Source: Sphaerodactylus townsendi (taxonomy: Eukaryota). From it: a DNA stretch of 64,000 nucleotides. The translations under genes were made by a program, and so were the position numbers. Shown here one piece after another: positions 1 to 12,850 of this stretch. The stretch covers positions 107,942,001 through 108,006,000 of the forward strand of contig NC_059430.1 of the NCBI RefSeq assembly GCF_021028975.2. The letters run 5' to 3'. The notes below the pieces were generated by a model. That model made no database searches. It saw nothing but the letters and a program-made list of their open reading frames with translations, and was not told where the DNA came from. Numbering within the stretch: position 1 is the first letter of the stretch; each line of letters opens with the position of its first letter.

Positions 1-211
1 ACATCTGCTATAACTTCAGCCATTTCCAAATAGGAACACAAGCAATCCTGTAGCCAAAGTCACCACTGAAATGAACTTCCCATTACTGTTGTAGCCTATT
101 TAGAATCCACTCTTTACCTGAAGAGAACACAGAATCAGATTTAAATGTAATGCTGATAATTATGCTACTGAAGAATGCAACTGGATAAATATATTTACTC
201 TCTAAACTCAC

Positions 212-285
212 CATTCAGGCTTGGTTTTTCAGACAACAATAATTTCAATGACCCTGAAGAGAATACAGCTATGTCCTTTTTCATC
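212..285 (-). ncRNA. Putative internal exon of minus-strand spliced transcript
   Basis: Acceptor TTCCTTAGTTTCTAG| at 286-287 and donor G|GTGAGT at 211-206. The next acceptor TGTGTTCTCTTCAG| is at 118-119 (94-nt intron). No recognisable protein. Confidence 0.4.
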
Positions 286-387
286 CTAGAAACTAAGGAA
301 TCATTTTAAGCCTTAAGTTTGGCCACAAAAGAAAAAAAAGGCTCATGCTTCAAAGTGACAACTCCTCCATGGATGGATTCTGAACAT

Positions 388-678
388 AGAAGAAGAAGAG
401 TTTGGATTTATACCCTGAAATAAGAAGTCTCAAAGCAGCTTACAAACGTCTTCCCTTATTCTCCCCACAACAGACACCTGGTATGGGATATGTGGCTGAG
501 AGAGCTTTGAGAGAACTGTGACTTGTCCAAGGTCACCCAGCAGGCTTCCTATGGAAGAGTGGGGAAACACACTTTGTTCATCAGATTAGAGTCTGTAGCT
601 CATGTGGAAGAGTGGAGGATCAAACTCAGTTCTCCAGATTAGAGTCCACTGCTCTTAACCACTAGACCATGCTGGCTC
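388..678 (-). mobile_element. tRNA-derived CORE-type SINE (Squam2/Anolis SINE2-like)
   Basis: (GAA)n tail, GAGTTTGGATTTATA, CCAAGGTCACCCAGC core and tRNA-like head CTCTTAACCACTA; multi-copy in this window. Confidence 0.85.
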
Positions 679-1419
679 TTATAGATTCAAAGCAGATGCA
701 CAACATTTAAACAGCAGGGACTTCAAATTCAGAACCTCAAAACATTCACTTCTACCATATTTCACAAATTATTACACTATTTAAAATCTTTGTTATTGAT
801 AGTACTGTTAACATATCCGATGCTTTACAGAATAAGGAAACTGCTCACATTGTACCTTAAAGGTAGAGTCAACACTAGAACTCATGTAAGGCCTGAAAGA
901 CTGAGCTAATAGCTGAACCAGAAACACCATCTCATCCTTGTCAATGAAGTAGCCAGTTGGCCTTACCCCAGTCACTCTCTTAAAACTGCCTCAGAAGGCA
1001 GTAGAAAAGATTGCAGAAATAATGTACATGAAATGCTCTGAACATGTGGAATGTGGTATATACATATTTTGACAATTCTATAGTGGGAGCAATTAGTGGG
1101 AAAGAAAGCATTGAAAGGCAAGGCAGAGTACAAAACCCAAGAGATGCACTACTCATGCACTGTGCAATTTAGGTCCAAACTACACATTATGAAGGGACAT
1201 AAGAGCACTGTCAGGCCGCCAATCACCAATAATGTGTATGGCAGTGTGACCGAAGTGATGCCATATGCATTAGCGTTTCTCTAGTCCATCAAGTGCAGCA
1301 AATAAATCAAAGCAAGAGGCAAGGAAATGATGATGTAATGACATCATGTCACTGGATTCCCGCCCCCCAATCTGAGGATGACACTAGGGGTGACCACATG
1401 CCTCCCTGAGATCTGTAGT

Positions 1420-1872
1420 TTGGGCCTTTGTAAGGAAGAGGGGGTCATTTTTAAAGGAAATTCCATTCTTATTGCTATCACTAATTTAAAGGGGATGAGC
1501 AAGACAACTTTCAAAGCAGTGTGTGCAGAATATCAAGAGCAATTCACTGTGGCCAGTTAGTGTCCAGCGTGAAGATAATTTGGAAAATTATTGCAGCAGT
1601 TTGAAAAAGGGGTGAACAATTCCCTTTCAAGAACAATGAGTTTATAATGCACCATAGCAAAGAAGTCCATTAAGCAAAGTACTTAAAAAGCACTTACTAA
1701 GCTCAAGCGAAACTTGGATTGGTTTGATAGAAAATCATTAATCCCCAAGGCAAGAGCTCTGGGAAAGAAAGAGATATGTAATTTCTTAAACTGCAGTGAA
1801 CCACATTTAGCAAGAGTCTGCAAATTGCTGGACTGTATACTGTATTCTGTGAAGGGGGATGAGGGAGGGTAA
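1420..1872 (+). pseudogene. Decayed ORF 1 of virus-like ORF array
   Basis: Single frame ...KGMSKTTFKAVCAEYQEQF...KALTKLKRNLDWFDRKSLIPKARALGKKEICNFLNCSEPHLARVCKLLDCILYSVKGDEGG* with several internal stops. Confidence 0.35.
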
Positions 1873-2422
1873 CCTCGAGCTCATCCCAAATTAAGCCCAC
1901 CTTAACTAAGCATTTATTGACTCTGGAGAGAGTTCTGAAACCAATTTGGAATAACAGAAGGTTAGTGCCATATTATGAACCACTTTGAGACAGACCCCCT
2001 CACCTTCTCAATTAACTGAGGGAGGTGAACTGCGGGAAGTTAACCACTTTCTGGCCAGGCTTGTCAGATTTCCCACCTTTTTCAGGGACTGAGCTGCTTC
2101 AGTTGGTAGCATGTGGTGAAATGAAGCACACTCAACCCTGTAACTCCCCAGAAGGTAAAAGGAGCCTGTTATTTTACTTTCTGGCAAACCCCTTTCTTAA
2201 GGTACACGTTAAAATTGAGGCAGGTTCAAATCAAACAGAGGCTGATTCCGCACGGGCCAAAAACAGCAGTGTGAAAACGGTGTGAAAACAGTATAAACCC
2301 TTTTACACTGTTTTAAACCCTTTTACACCATTTTCACATCGTTTTCACACTGCTGTTTTTGGCCCATGCGGAATCAGCCAGAATCAAAGTTTGTTAACAG
2401 AGAAGATGGGAACAGGAGATAA
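1863..2422 (+). pseudogene. Decayed ORF 2 of virus-like ORF array (split by MITE)
   Basis: IKPTLTKHLLTLERVLKPIWNNRRLVPYYEPL*DRPPHLLN*LREVNCGKLTTFWPG...LFYFLANPFLKVHVKIE; two internal stops. Confidence 0.4.
2240..2379. mobile_element. Palindromic PIF/Harbinger-like MITE
   Basis: TIRs GGCTGATTCCGCA...TGCGGAATCAGCC, 3-bp TSD AGA. Confidence 0.85.
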
Positions 2423-2918
2423 CTTCGATGGAAGGGAGACAGGAGAAATATATACACAAGAGCTTTGGCATAATCGGTTTTTAACTTTAGGCGCTGGCAC
2501 ATGCTTATTAAGTTTGTTCAGTTGCAGTTTTAGGAACTTAGATGTTATTTCGATTGTTATTTCATAAGATGGTACTGGCTTAAATATTATACACACAGGG
2601 TCTGTGTTCTGCGGTTTGGCAATGGGGAGATCGCAAGGAAACCTGGATATTTTGGGTGACTATCCCAGGATTAATCGCCAGTGGGAAATCGCCCTTAAAG
2701 GAAACCAGCCAAGGTTTGTATGATGGGAAGAAGGTCAGCCAAACACTTTCCCCTTCTTGCTTGAATTCAGGCAGTGCCTGGCCACAGATGAACTGACTAG
2801 CAAGGTGTATTCCATAATCCAAAGATCAGTTATCCAGAAAAGAAACAGAAAGAGTCAAACAAGGCAGCAAGTGAAAAAAATCTATTTCAAAATTCATAGC
2901 ATTAATAGCGATCAGAAT
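2406..2918 (+). pseudogene. Decayed ORF 3 of virus-like ORF array (3' end split by solo LTR)
   Basis: ATG 2406; ~171 codons with only two stops (TAA 2565, TGA 2721). The frame stays open upstream to 2125 after MITE removal and ends ...SDQNDK* after LTR removal. Confidence 0.6.
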
Positions 2919-3883
2919 TGTGGGGACGGACCAGAATGCCTATAAATTGTATTTGATCAAAGAAAGATTAAGTTGTATGAACCAAAGATCTGAAGAATAA
3001 AAATGGAGTCTCTGTATAGATACCAGCAAAGGACTGCATTTTTGCAGCAGGTCAAAAGGCATGTTAGAAGCTTGTCAGTGATTATGCAGGCAAGCAAAGA
3101 TTAACATCTTTAAGATCTTGTCACTAAAGGCCAATGTGACAGCAGACATATGCATTTATAACTGTTTTGGGGTTAGAACTAGCTACATGAATGTGATTAG
3201 TTAAATTAAAAAGTGTTTTTCTTTTTATGTTAAATGAACACAGAAATGATAATGAGAGATTCACGTGTATTAGTATTTCACTATAATTCTATAAGTGTTG
3301 GAATCAATAATTGTATAATCTTTTAAAGGTAAAATCATTTTAAGAAGGGAAGTTTTATGATCCTAAAGAATGCTGCATACCTTAAGGACCTATCTCTCTG
3401 AAGGAGCAAACTTAGAAAACAGGTTTTTCTTGGAAACAAGAAAGACAGAGGGTAGTTTTATTGCTGCCCTTTGCATATGGGCAGACAGAGAGGGCCACAA
3501 GCTAACAGCATGCAGCGTTTGAATAACAGAAGGAATCAGACATGTAGAATAGAGGCTGTCTTAATGTGACAAGGAGACAGAACTATCCAATGGGATTTTA
3601 AGGTTCATGCTTATAGCACGTGAAAGAGGTATGGATCATGTACGTGGAACTTAAGGAGATGAACTGTGACGTATGTATCTTTGTATCTATAAAGACTAAG
3701 GTCCTTCCTATAGTGGGCATGTCTCTCTTTGGAGAGCACCCGGAGGGGTTCACATTCTGTAACTTTCTATATTCTGCTAAGTAAAAACTGTCTGTTTCTG
3801 ATATCAGATGTCTTTTGCTTTTTTCCCCCTCACCTATCTTTCTCAAACAGCTGAGCAGGCCGGACTTGAGTTCTGGCCTCACA
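2919..3883 (+). mobile_element. Solo LTR (965 bp) of an ERV/LTR element
   Basis: TGTGGGG...CCTCACA termini and perfect 4-bp TSD GAAT (2915-2918 / 3884-3887). CCAAT 3587, TATAAA 3688, AGTAAA poly(A)-like signal 3780. Confidence 0.8.
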
Positions 3884-3885
3884 GA

Positions 3886-4317
3886 ATGATAAATAATATT
3901 TGGATCCCATCATATTTGCACAAAACAGTGGTCACCAATCAGAACTGTGGCAAGCCCAGAGATACTTTTTCTGCCATCCAAGAATGTAGCAAATACACAG
4001 GATGTTAGAATCTAGTTGACAGATGTTTAGTTTGGAGAGTCGTTACAATACCTGCCTTAACAGAGATATCAGTGCACTTTTTCTACAGTGCTGCCCTCCA
4101 TCCAGAGCCCCAAGAGGGCCTCAGAAACACTCCACACGTACCCTAATTCTTCTTCCACCTTCAGTGGAGTCATGGAGCCAGATGGCCTTGTCCCAGGAAC
4201 AGCTGCCAGATCTCAGGCTGATGTAGGGAAGTCAGTTTACAAACTATTATGCCTTCCCCTTCCAAGGAAAGAGAAAGATGTAGGGGCTGTCAATATTACA
4301 AATGCTTGAGATTATAA
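3886..4317 (+). pseudogene. Decayed ORF 4 of virus-like ORF array
   Basis: MINNIWIPSYLHK...RCLVWRVVTIP...RWPCPRNSCQISG*...ERERCRGCQYYKCLRL*; 144 codons with three internal stops. Its ATG overlaps the end of ORF 3. Confidence 0.4.
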
Positions 4318-4469
4318 AATCCTGTCAAGATTATAGACTCATGACTGTCCCCCCCCCCCCCATTCCCACATCATCATCTCTTCCTATATGATTGGGATGA
4401 GCCCTTCGGGGGTGGGCAGTATAGAAAATTAAATAATAAATGAAATAAATTTATTAACTCTTATCTAAA

Positions 4470-4680
4470 GCCAGCTTGGTGTGGTAGTTAAGAGCAATAG
4501 AATCTAAAGCCTGCTGGGTGATCCTGGACCAGTCTCAATTCTCTCAGAACTCTCTCAACCTCACTCACCTCACAAGGTGTCTATTGTAAGGAGGGGGAAA
4601 GAAGGCAATTGTAACTTCTAAGCCACTCTGAAACTCCTTCTGACAGAGAAAACTTGGGGCATAAAAACCAACTCTTCTGC
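4470..4680 (+). mobile_element. CORE-type tRNA SINE, internally deleted
   Basis: GCCAGCTTGGTGTGGTAGTTAAGAGC head, core and tail match other copies. Confidence 0.7.
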
Positions 4681-6714
4681 TACTACAAAAAAAATCATAG
4701 CACAATAACTTTTTCTGGCCACAAAGGTACTAGGCAACCTTAGAGAAACTGATTTATTTTGTCTTCCTCGCCCATTTCTCAACGCTTACATATTTCTTTT
4801 AAAATTGCAGAGCCCTCTGCATTAGTACAGAGTTCTCTTTACGGCAAAAGAGCCCATAGCCAGAAGCAGATCAACATCCTCTGGAGCTAACCCTGCCATT
4901 TTTGGAAAACCTACAGAGATCAACAGTTCCAATAAATCAGTCCTTTAAAACAACAATCATTTGTCCTCTCAAAATTAAAAAAGTGATAGAACAGGAAGAG
5001 GAAGAAAAATACCCAAGAAACCCTGTACAAAATAGATTGTGACAAGATATATATCACATTTTTAAACTTCGCATTATTGAGCCAACACATATTGCAACTT
5101 ACTGAAATACAGTAAACATTGCTAGGTTTTAGAGCAAAACCAAAACTATTCCATCTTTTGCAAACAGCACTGGAACACATGCCTCACTTTGAGGTATTTT
5201 TTTTCAGCCTGTCTTGCAAAATTATTTGTTTACTCATTTATAGGAACCTCACTTGCCCTCACTCTCCACTGACCTCAATGACATCACTCTACATCCAAAG
5301 CTGACAGGCTACGCAGCTGTTTAACATCATGAATGATCCTGAGTCTGGAGAATCATCCATATGACCCATAAGGAAAGTGAAAACAGCAACAGCTTTCACA
5401 AATTTACATAAGTTTGAAAGAAAAAAATGAGCCCACAAATTGGTTAGCTGTAGCCTATTTAGTGCTCTGCTGTTTTCTACCCTTGTCATTGTTAGCAGAG
5501 TCTCTGAAATCTGAGGAAAACAGAAGTCAGATCAGTATCTGTTGTATTGTTAGCTGTCCTTTAAGAGTTTGCCCAACACATGCTGAAGATCATAAACAGC
5601 GTAGGTGACTTGATAAATGCAAGAGATTGGACTTCCAGAGTTCACACACATGTCCACATCTAAAGCAGCATACAATGCCAGAAAAAAAACCCTATTAAAA
5701 TTGGAGGGTGTCAAAGCCACAAGTTACTGAACAACCCACAGAGGATAGCATAATCCCTGCTCCTAGCCCAGGGATAATTTACAACAGAATGGAACAAACG
5801 TCACCACATCTATCTTCTGCAGCACCATACAACACAGTTTGTACAAATGAAGAAACCAACCCTACATCAGCTAAGCGGCACCACACTGTCTGCAATTCAT
5901 AATTCATATGTGTATCAAAAGCAGCACACATCAATTAAGAACAGATGAATTTAATGAGAAGTTTATATTCATTTTGTCACCCGTGTACCAAAACCATCTA
6001 TTATTTTCAAAGGAATTCCAGGACAACAGGATCTGGCTCTGCTTTTAGACACGTCTTACATTCTTCCTGCCCCAAGCCAGGAACATTGCAGTTCACACAA
6101 AAGGGCGCCCTGATCCAACCCAAGCTGCATGTAGTTATGAGCAATGAGTTTCTTGAGAAACTGCATTCACATGTTCACACTGACTGTTGAAATAATCATG
6201 CTGAAAGCAATTTATTGTCAATGGGCAATGGCCACATCTGTACACCCAGCCAAAACTTGCCAGTCCAATCCAAAGAGATGATGTGCACACAAAAGATGCT
6301 TCCACGTGTCAGGAACCTTTAATAACCAGATGTGAAAATACAGATCTGATGCAGAGAAATTCTGAATTGGGTTGCACAAGAACTCCAGGTTTGAATTTGC
6401 TTAAATATCCTACAAGAAAGGCATAGATCTGGTACAAAAGATAACATTTTTCACAGTTTTGGAGGTACATGTAGAGAAGTGAGCAGGAGGAATTTATTTT
6501 TATCACACTGCTTAAAATGAAAGTAAACAAATTATGACATTGACCTGGAAGAAACTGTTGAATCTGTTCCAGCATTTGCAGAAGACTTCAGCCATTTAAA
6601 TGCATAGTCCTTAGCCTTCCCAGATGGACAGACCCATCCATCCAAATACAAGAACTTGCATTGTCCTTATAACAATTCTAAATTTGCAGAGATGTTTCTC
6701 AGAAGCAGAAGTCT

Positions 6715-7145
6715 AGAGTTGCCAGCTCTGACTTGGGGAACCCCTGGCGGAGGCATAGCTATATTGGGGAAGGGTGAGCGCCGTGCACTGGGTGTGTGCC
6801 GGTGGAGACAGAAAATGGCCCCCCAGCCCTGCCCCCTTTCCCTTTGCCCTGCCTCACCAGGCCAGGCCCTGCCCCTCCAGCCTGGCTCGTTTTCAGCCAG
6901 CAGAAAAGGTAAGTGGGGGCGGGGCAGGGATGATGCAACGGGGGCGGAGCACAGGCACCATTTTGCCCCAGGCACCATTTTCTCCCCCTATGCACCTGAC
7001 CTCTGGAGATTTGGGGATAGTGCTACAGAGTTCACCCTCCAAAGCTGCCATTTTCTCCAGGGAAACTGATCTATAAAGTCTGGGCATCGCTTGCAACATT
7101 AGGAAAATTCCAGACTCCCACCTGGACATTCGCACCTCTAACCAG
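6715..7145. mobile_element. Non-autonomous dispersed repeat (TAG(A/G)GTTGCCA-type family)
   Basis: Shared blocks CACCCTCCAAAGC.GCCATTTTCTCCAG / CTGATCT; related copies at ~11590-11740 and ~16850-17185. Confidence 0.55.
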
Positions 7146-8104
7146 GACACTACTTGTCACTGAAGTGACATCTGATAGCAACTCGAGCACACGATATTGA
7201 GGTAGATATTTCCTTCCTTTTAGGTGTCAGAATTTGGAAAGCTTAACAGCTGTCTAAAAGTGGAGTGGAGCAGTTCAGAACATGACAGCTGCCACACATA
7301 AGGGTCCCAAGATACTTTCAACTGTGGCAGCTTCCCTTGGGAAGGCAGATAACAAGAGAAAAATTAGTTCATAAACTAAGCAACTGTAAAGAAGTCTTAG
7401 GACAACCAAAGTAAATATCCAGCATCATTAAGGAGAAGAACAATCTTTCAACAGCTGTCTCTGGTAACTTCAGAGAAGTCAATCCAATGAATTGAAAAAG
7501 GGAAATGTCATCATCAAATTACTGATCTTGTTTTTCCCCCATTAACACCCTTAAGCATTTATTGTTTTTATACTGTAATTGATTCACACTGCCAGTTTTA
7601 TTGACTGCTATTTTAATCTGTATATTTTTGGTGAATAAATCTTTTTTAAAATGGAAGGAATTATTCAAATTATTCAAATTATTTATTGTTTTCTCCTTTT
7701 AATATTAGCTGATTTAAACTGGTTTTGGAGAGATGGGATGTAAATTCTCCCAACTAGTTATCTCAGTACCATTGCTGAAGATGCCCTGTTCCAAAGCTAT
7801 TCACTCCTTCCCGGATCACAGGGGAACAAAGAGCACCTCCTGTCCAATTACCCACCACTGCTCTGGCACGTGGTGGGACAGGAAGTGTGTTGGGGCAAGA
7901 AACTTGTCCCAACATGCTTCCTGTTTGCAGCACACCGAGAGAGAAGGCACAAAATCTTGTCCCGATGCGCTTCCTTTTAGTGGAGCAGCAAGAAAGGAGG
8001 TGCGTTGGGGCAAGATATCTTAAAATCTCTTCACTTTTCCATAGATCCCCCACCCTCCAACAAAGAGTAATGTAGCTGGAAGAGCAATAGGACAGGCGGG
8101 CACT

Positions 8105-8875
8105 TTATTTATTTGCTTATATGTACTTTTTAACCTGCCCTACATCCAAAGGTCTCAGGGTGGATTACAAGATAAAAATAATAAAATATTCATAAAACTG
8201 AACACAATTACAATATACCTCATTATAAAACTTGTTTAACATCCATAAAACTTATTAAAACCTACCAAAATTGACAAAACTTATTAAAATTAATAAAAAT
8301 CCATTTACAAAATTATTAAACTTTTTAAAACATTCATATTGCCAGAAGGGGGAAACCATCACTTCAGCCAAAGGCCAGAGAAAATAGGTGCATCTTTACT
8401 TGTTTTCTAGATGCAGATAAAGAAGATGCTTGATGCACCTCAGGGGGAGATAGTTCTACAGTCTCAAGGCCACCACTGAAAAAGCCCTACCTTGGGTCTC
8501 CACCTTTTTTACCACTGAAGGTAGTGGTACCACTAGAAGGGCTTCATCTGCTGATCTTAGGGCCGGAGTGGCGAACCTCTGGCACTCCAGATGTTATGGA
8601 CTACAATTCCCACCAGCCCCTGCCAGAAACCCACTGTCTTAGGGCAAGGGCAGGTCGCTATCGGAGAAGGAGTTCCTTTAGATATATGGGGCCCAAACTG
8701 TTTAGAGCTTCATAAGTGAAAGATAATGCCTTGAATTGGGCGCAGTAGCAAATTGGCAGCTAGTGCAGTTCCTCTAAGTCTGGTGTGATGTGCATCCACC
8801 CAGCAGTACCCACCAGCAGTCTTGCTGCCGCCGCATTGTATTCTAGCTACAGCTTCCGAACTGTCTTCAAGGGCA
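8105..8875 (-). mobile_element. L2-type LINE 3' remnant with nested MITE fragment
   Basis: Tail TTTATTTTATTT...GTCTCAGGGTGGATTACAA and GCCACCACTGAAAAAGCCC typical of squamate L2 3' ends. Confidence 0.55.
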
Positions 8876-9234
8876 ACTTGATTTGATTCCCTACACCTCC
8901 ACATGAGCACTGGACTCTGATCTGGTAGACTGGATTTGTTTCCTCACTCCTCCACATGTAACCTGTTGGATGGCCTTGGGCCAGTCCCAGTTCTTCAGAA
9001 CTCTCTCAGCCCCATCTTGAGACTCCTTATAGGAGAGAAGGGCGGTATTTAAATCCAAACTCTTCTTCTCTTCTTCTATTACACCACTGCTTTGTCATTT
9101 GTTTCCAGGCACAATTCAAAGTTCTGGTTGATACTTTGAAAGCTTTTCACATCCTTTAGCCCACATTTCTAGTGAACCTCCTTTCTTTATACAATACCAG
9201 GCAACAACTAAGGGCACCAATTAAGGGCATCACT

Positions 9235-9296
9235 TGCTTGCTTGCTTTGCTTTCTTGCTTGCTTTGCTTTCTTGCTTGTTTGCCTTGCTTGCCTTG

Positions 9297-9328
<32 letters not shown>

Positions 9329-9335
9329 CTTGCTT
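9235..9335. repeat. Compound (GCTT)n/(GCCT)n microsatellite
   Basis: Directly visible. Confidence 0.95.
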
Positions 9336-9498
9336 TACCACCCTTCCCTGGAAAGCCCGGGCAGTTTACAACAATCAAGAAAACATGACAATGAATACTT
9401 TACCATCACATTTACAAAAAATTCATTCAATCTAAAATCTATCAGCAAGAATTCTCACAGGTTCTCATTCCCATTTAATTCATGGGTTCCATCTAGCA

Positions 9499-9920
9499 CA
9501 GGGGTAGGGAACCTTTAACACTCAAAGAGCCATTTGGACCCATTTTCCATGGGAAAAGAAAACACTTGGAGCCACAAATAATTTTTGACATTTAAAATAA
9601 AGATAACACTGTATATATTGGGGGGTTTTTACCTTTTACTCTGCTCATTCTGAGAAGCGCATGGATGCGTCCGCCCTGCTGCCTGCAGGGCGAGCAAGGA
9701 TGGGGCCAGCGGCTCGGCCTCGCCCACCGCCGGGAAAGCGCCCGCCCCGCTCCAATGGGGCAGGCGAGAGGGGAAGCCCGCGGGCAGTTGATGCTGGCTG
9801 CGGGCAGTTGGTGCACCTGCCCTGCAGGCAAGGATGGGGCCAGCGGCTCAGCTCATGGAGCCACAGTGCAAGGGCAGAAGAGCCGCATGCGGCTCTCGAG
9901 CCGCAGGTTCCCTACCCCTG
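9499..9920. mobile_element. hAT-type MITE
   Basis: TIR CAGGGGTAGGGAACCT...AGGTTCCCTACCCCTG, perfect 8-bp TSD ATCTAGCA. Confidence 0.92.
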
Positions 9921-10368
9921 ATCTAGCATATTAACTTGATTTAGGTATTTCAGCTATGTTTTTAACTGCATATATTCAGGTTGCATAGGCTGCCCAGGGC
10001 ATTGTGGAAAGGAGGGATATAAATATTTTGGATAAATAAATCATGCATAAGCTGCTTGGCAGATAGCAAGTAGTTCATGGAAAATTCCTTCCCACATAAT
10101 TTGATACTGCTCACTATAACACCCCCTTGCTCTCATCTGGGAAGGAAGATGTGGAATTGCAAGATTAAAATTAATTAGATATTAGTAAGCCTACTTAAAA
10201 GGACACTGCCAATAATTCCAACCACTCAAACCACATTGTTATAGTTCTGTCCAACACTTTAAAAAAGTTATTGATGTAACTTATTCCACTAACCTGTAAG
10301 AAAGAGGAAATACAGGACCTATACAACATGGCTATTCAAGGCAAAGGACCAATTCTGGTGATGACCTA

Positions 10369-10599
10369 CCGTGTTTCCCCGAAAATAAGACAGTGTCTTA
10401 TATTATTTTTGCTCCCAAAGATGCGCTATGTCTTATTTTCAGGGGATGTCTTATTTTTCTGTGTTCTGTTCGTCGGGCATGCTTCGAAACAAAAACTTTG
10501 CTACGTCTTACTTTTGGGGGATGCCTTATATTTCGCGCTTCAGCAAAACCTCTACTACGTCTTATTTTCTGGGGATGTCTTATATTCGGGGAAACAGGG
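10369..10599. mobile_element. Tc1/mariner-pogo (Tigger-like) MITE
   Basis: TIR CCGTGTTTCCCCGAAAATAAGACA...TGTCTTATATTCGGGGAAACAGGG flanked by TA; internal subrepeats. Confidence 0.85.
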
Positions 10600-12540
10600 T
10601 ATTAGTGATATTGAGATGGTTAGAATAAGTCTATGAGAAAACACAGATTTACTCATGTTATATAGAACTGCAACAAACACAACCTTTCCTTCAATTGTGA
10701 TCTGTACGTTTGTTGGCAAAATGTTGCAGTTCTCACAAAAAGTGTTTTGATGTTCAGAATCAAAACTCCTCCACAAAACGGTATCTGGGGTCCTGACATC
10801 CACACCTAATTCTGGGGTCTTTGATATGTGTAAGGCACAATATATCCACAGGAACACAAATCTGCCAGTAGGGCAAGAACAAAAAGACATTCTTCCTCTT
10901 CAGCAAATGAAAAATAATTGCTTAGATGGGATTTATATGGCCTGATAGTTTTTATAGACTTGGTCTACTGAGATAACATTCATTACACAGTTTGTAACTT
11001 TTATACCCTCTCCTGCTCTTAATCAATTAGAAGCCCAACCACATCAAAGCCAAGTTTTTTTAAAAAATTCCCGAGAACTGGAAATGAGCTTACTCTAATT
11101 GTTCTCTCTGTACTGGGAGAGCAGGCAATGTCTTTCTGCACACTCTCTGGAACATCAAGGAAGGACTAACAAGGCAATTGAAACCCCTCTTGTTATCTCA
11201 TCCAGAGCAAAGGAGATGATATAAAGCAGGAAACTGCCAGGTGGGGAGAAACAAATGTGTGCAGGCTTATCTTGCCTTTAAAAGATTTCTGGGGAGGGCA
11301 GCCTTCAAAATAAAGATGCAAACTCCAGGCACAGTCCTAAATGAAGCACTTGGAAGCCTCCCTGATTTCCGTTCAAAGCAATCGGCTTGTAAAAGTGCTT
11401 CAAAATTACTGGATTGTGCCCTTCAAAATGTACCAATGTAATGTCAGAAAACAGTGTCATGGAAATAATATGAGTGTGCTGACTAGTTGGGTTACATATC
11501 TGCTTTCTTCCAGGGCTCAAGTGGTTTTGCTTGATAGGATCGAGCAGAGAGAGAGAAAAACAAACCATGTTCTAGTCATGCTTCCTCCATTTGGAGCGAA
11601 GAGGGTGTTTGGATCTCCACCTCAGGTATGATGACCAACCTTCAGGTAGGGGATGGAGATTTCCCAGAATTACAAGTGATCTGCAAATGATTGAGATCAG
11701 TTCTCCTGGAGAAAATGTCTGCCCTGGAGAGGCACTATATCCACAGGTGGGATTCAGCTGTTTCAGACTGGTTCACTAGAACCAGTAGCTAAATTTGTGA
11801 CTAGTTTGCTGAACCGGTAATCCCATCACTACTGAAAGTTAGAGATGTTCAAGGGGCACAGCGAAGGTAGGCAGCAGCCATGCCCATTATGGGCACCAGT
11901 GTCGTGACGCCGGCACACCGTCATGATGTCATCAGGAGGGGCGGTCAGGAGCCTTTATAAGGGTTCAACCCAGCCCTTGGCTTCACTCCTCCTCCGGAGC
12001 AGCATACTGATAAGTCACTGCCTCATCCCAGGATATTTGGACTGTGTGGATAACACCTATGACAGCTTTTCTTGGGATTCAGTTACCTGTAGAAATTATG
12101 GACTAGTGTATACATTTTGTATTCAGTTTCTTAAGCTTTGTATGTTGGGAGATGTTTAAGGCTGCAATAATATGCATGTCTGTCTAGAAATTAATCACTT
12201 TCAAATGAATAGGTTTCACTTCTGAATAAGGTCGATTCTGCATGGTCCAAATATTCTGGGTTAAGCAAGGGAAATATCCCAGTTTCATTCTAAAGCGGGT
12301 TTGTCTCGCAATATTTCCCTTATCCCAGATTTTTCAAAAACTGCTAAAATCACTATCTTTTCGAAAATCCCACATTGAATTCACTTCTGTGCAAACGCCA
12401 CAGGAGCAAAAACTATTTATTTTCCCACCCTGCCACCTGATCTCCCCCGCCTCACATCATGTCAGTTTCATTTCTGCTGAGTTGCTGCTCGCCCTTTCCA
12501 AAACGTTCTCCAAGCAAGTTTTCCGCCCTTTGACAGTTCT

Positions 12541-12850
12541 TCTGGGAGCCAGGCAAGCAAGCCCATGTGGGAAAGCGTGAGCGCTCGCCCCATTCCAGCT
12601 TGCTCTCGCCAAGCACCACTCGCTAGCTGAGCCATGCCCCAGCCAGCCCAGTCCTGCAGCTCCGAGCTCACATTCCCAACAGATCCTGGGAGAGGCGGGG
12701 AAGCAATTCCAGGAGCCAGGCAAGCTAGCCTGTGCAGGAAAGCATGAGCACTCACCCTGTTCCTGTTCACTCTCTCCAAGCACCGCTCGCTAGCCGAGCA
12801 ACTGCCCAGAGAGCCCAGCCCCACAGTTCTGGGCTCACATTCCCAGTGGG
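12541..12850. repeat. Diverged ~168-bp tandem duplication inside a GC-rich dispersed element
   Basis: GGAGCCAGGCAAGC...CCAAGCACC.CTCGCTAGC.GAGC...GCTCACATTCCCA occurs twice (12545 and 12712). Confidence 0.75.

Noticed and set aside
3813-3823. AAAAAGCAAAA on minus, like the MALAT1/NEAT1 triple-helix A tract
   Set aside because: No upstream U-rich motifs or downstream tRNA-like cloverleaf; it lies within the LTR.
1848-3883. A 2-kb foamy-virus-like long LTR with an ORF in U3 (TGTGA...TCACA)
   Set aside because: No TSD at 1848. The boundary at 2919 gives a perfect GAAT TSD, so the ORFs lie outside the LTR.
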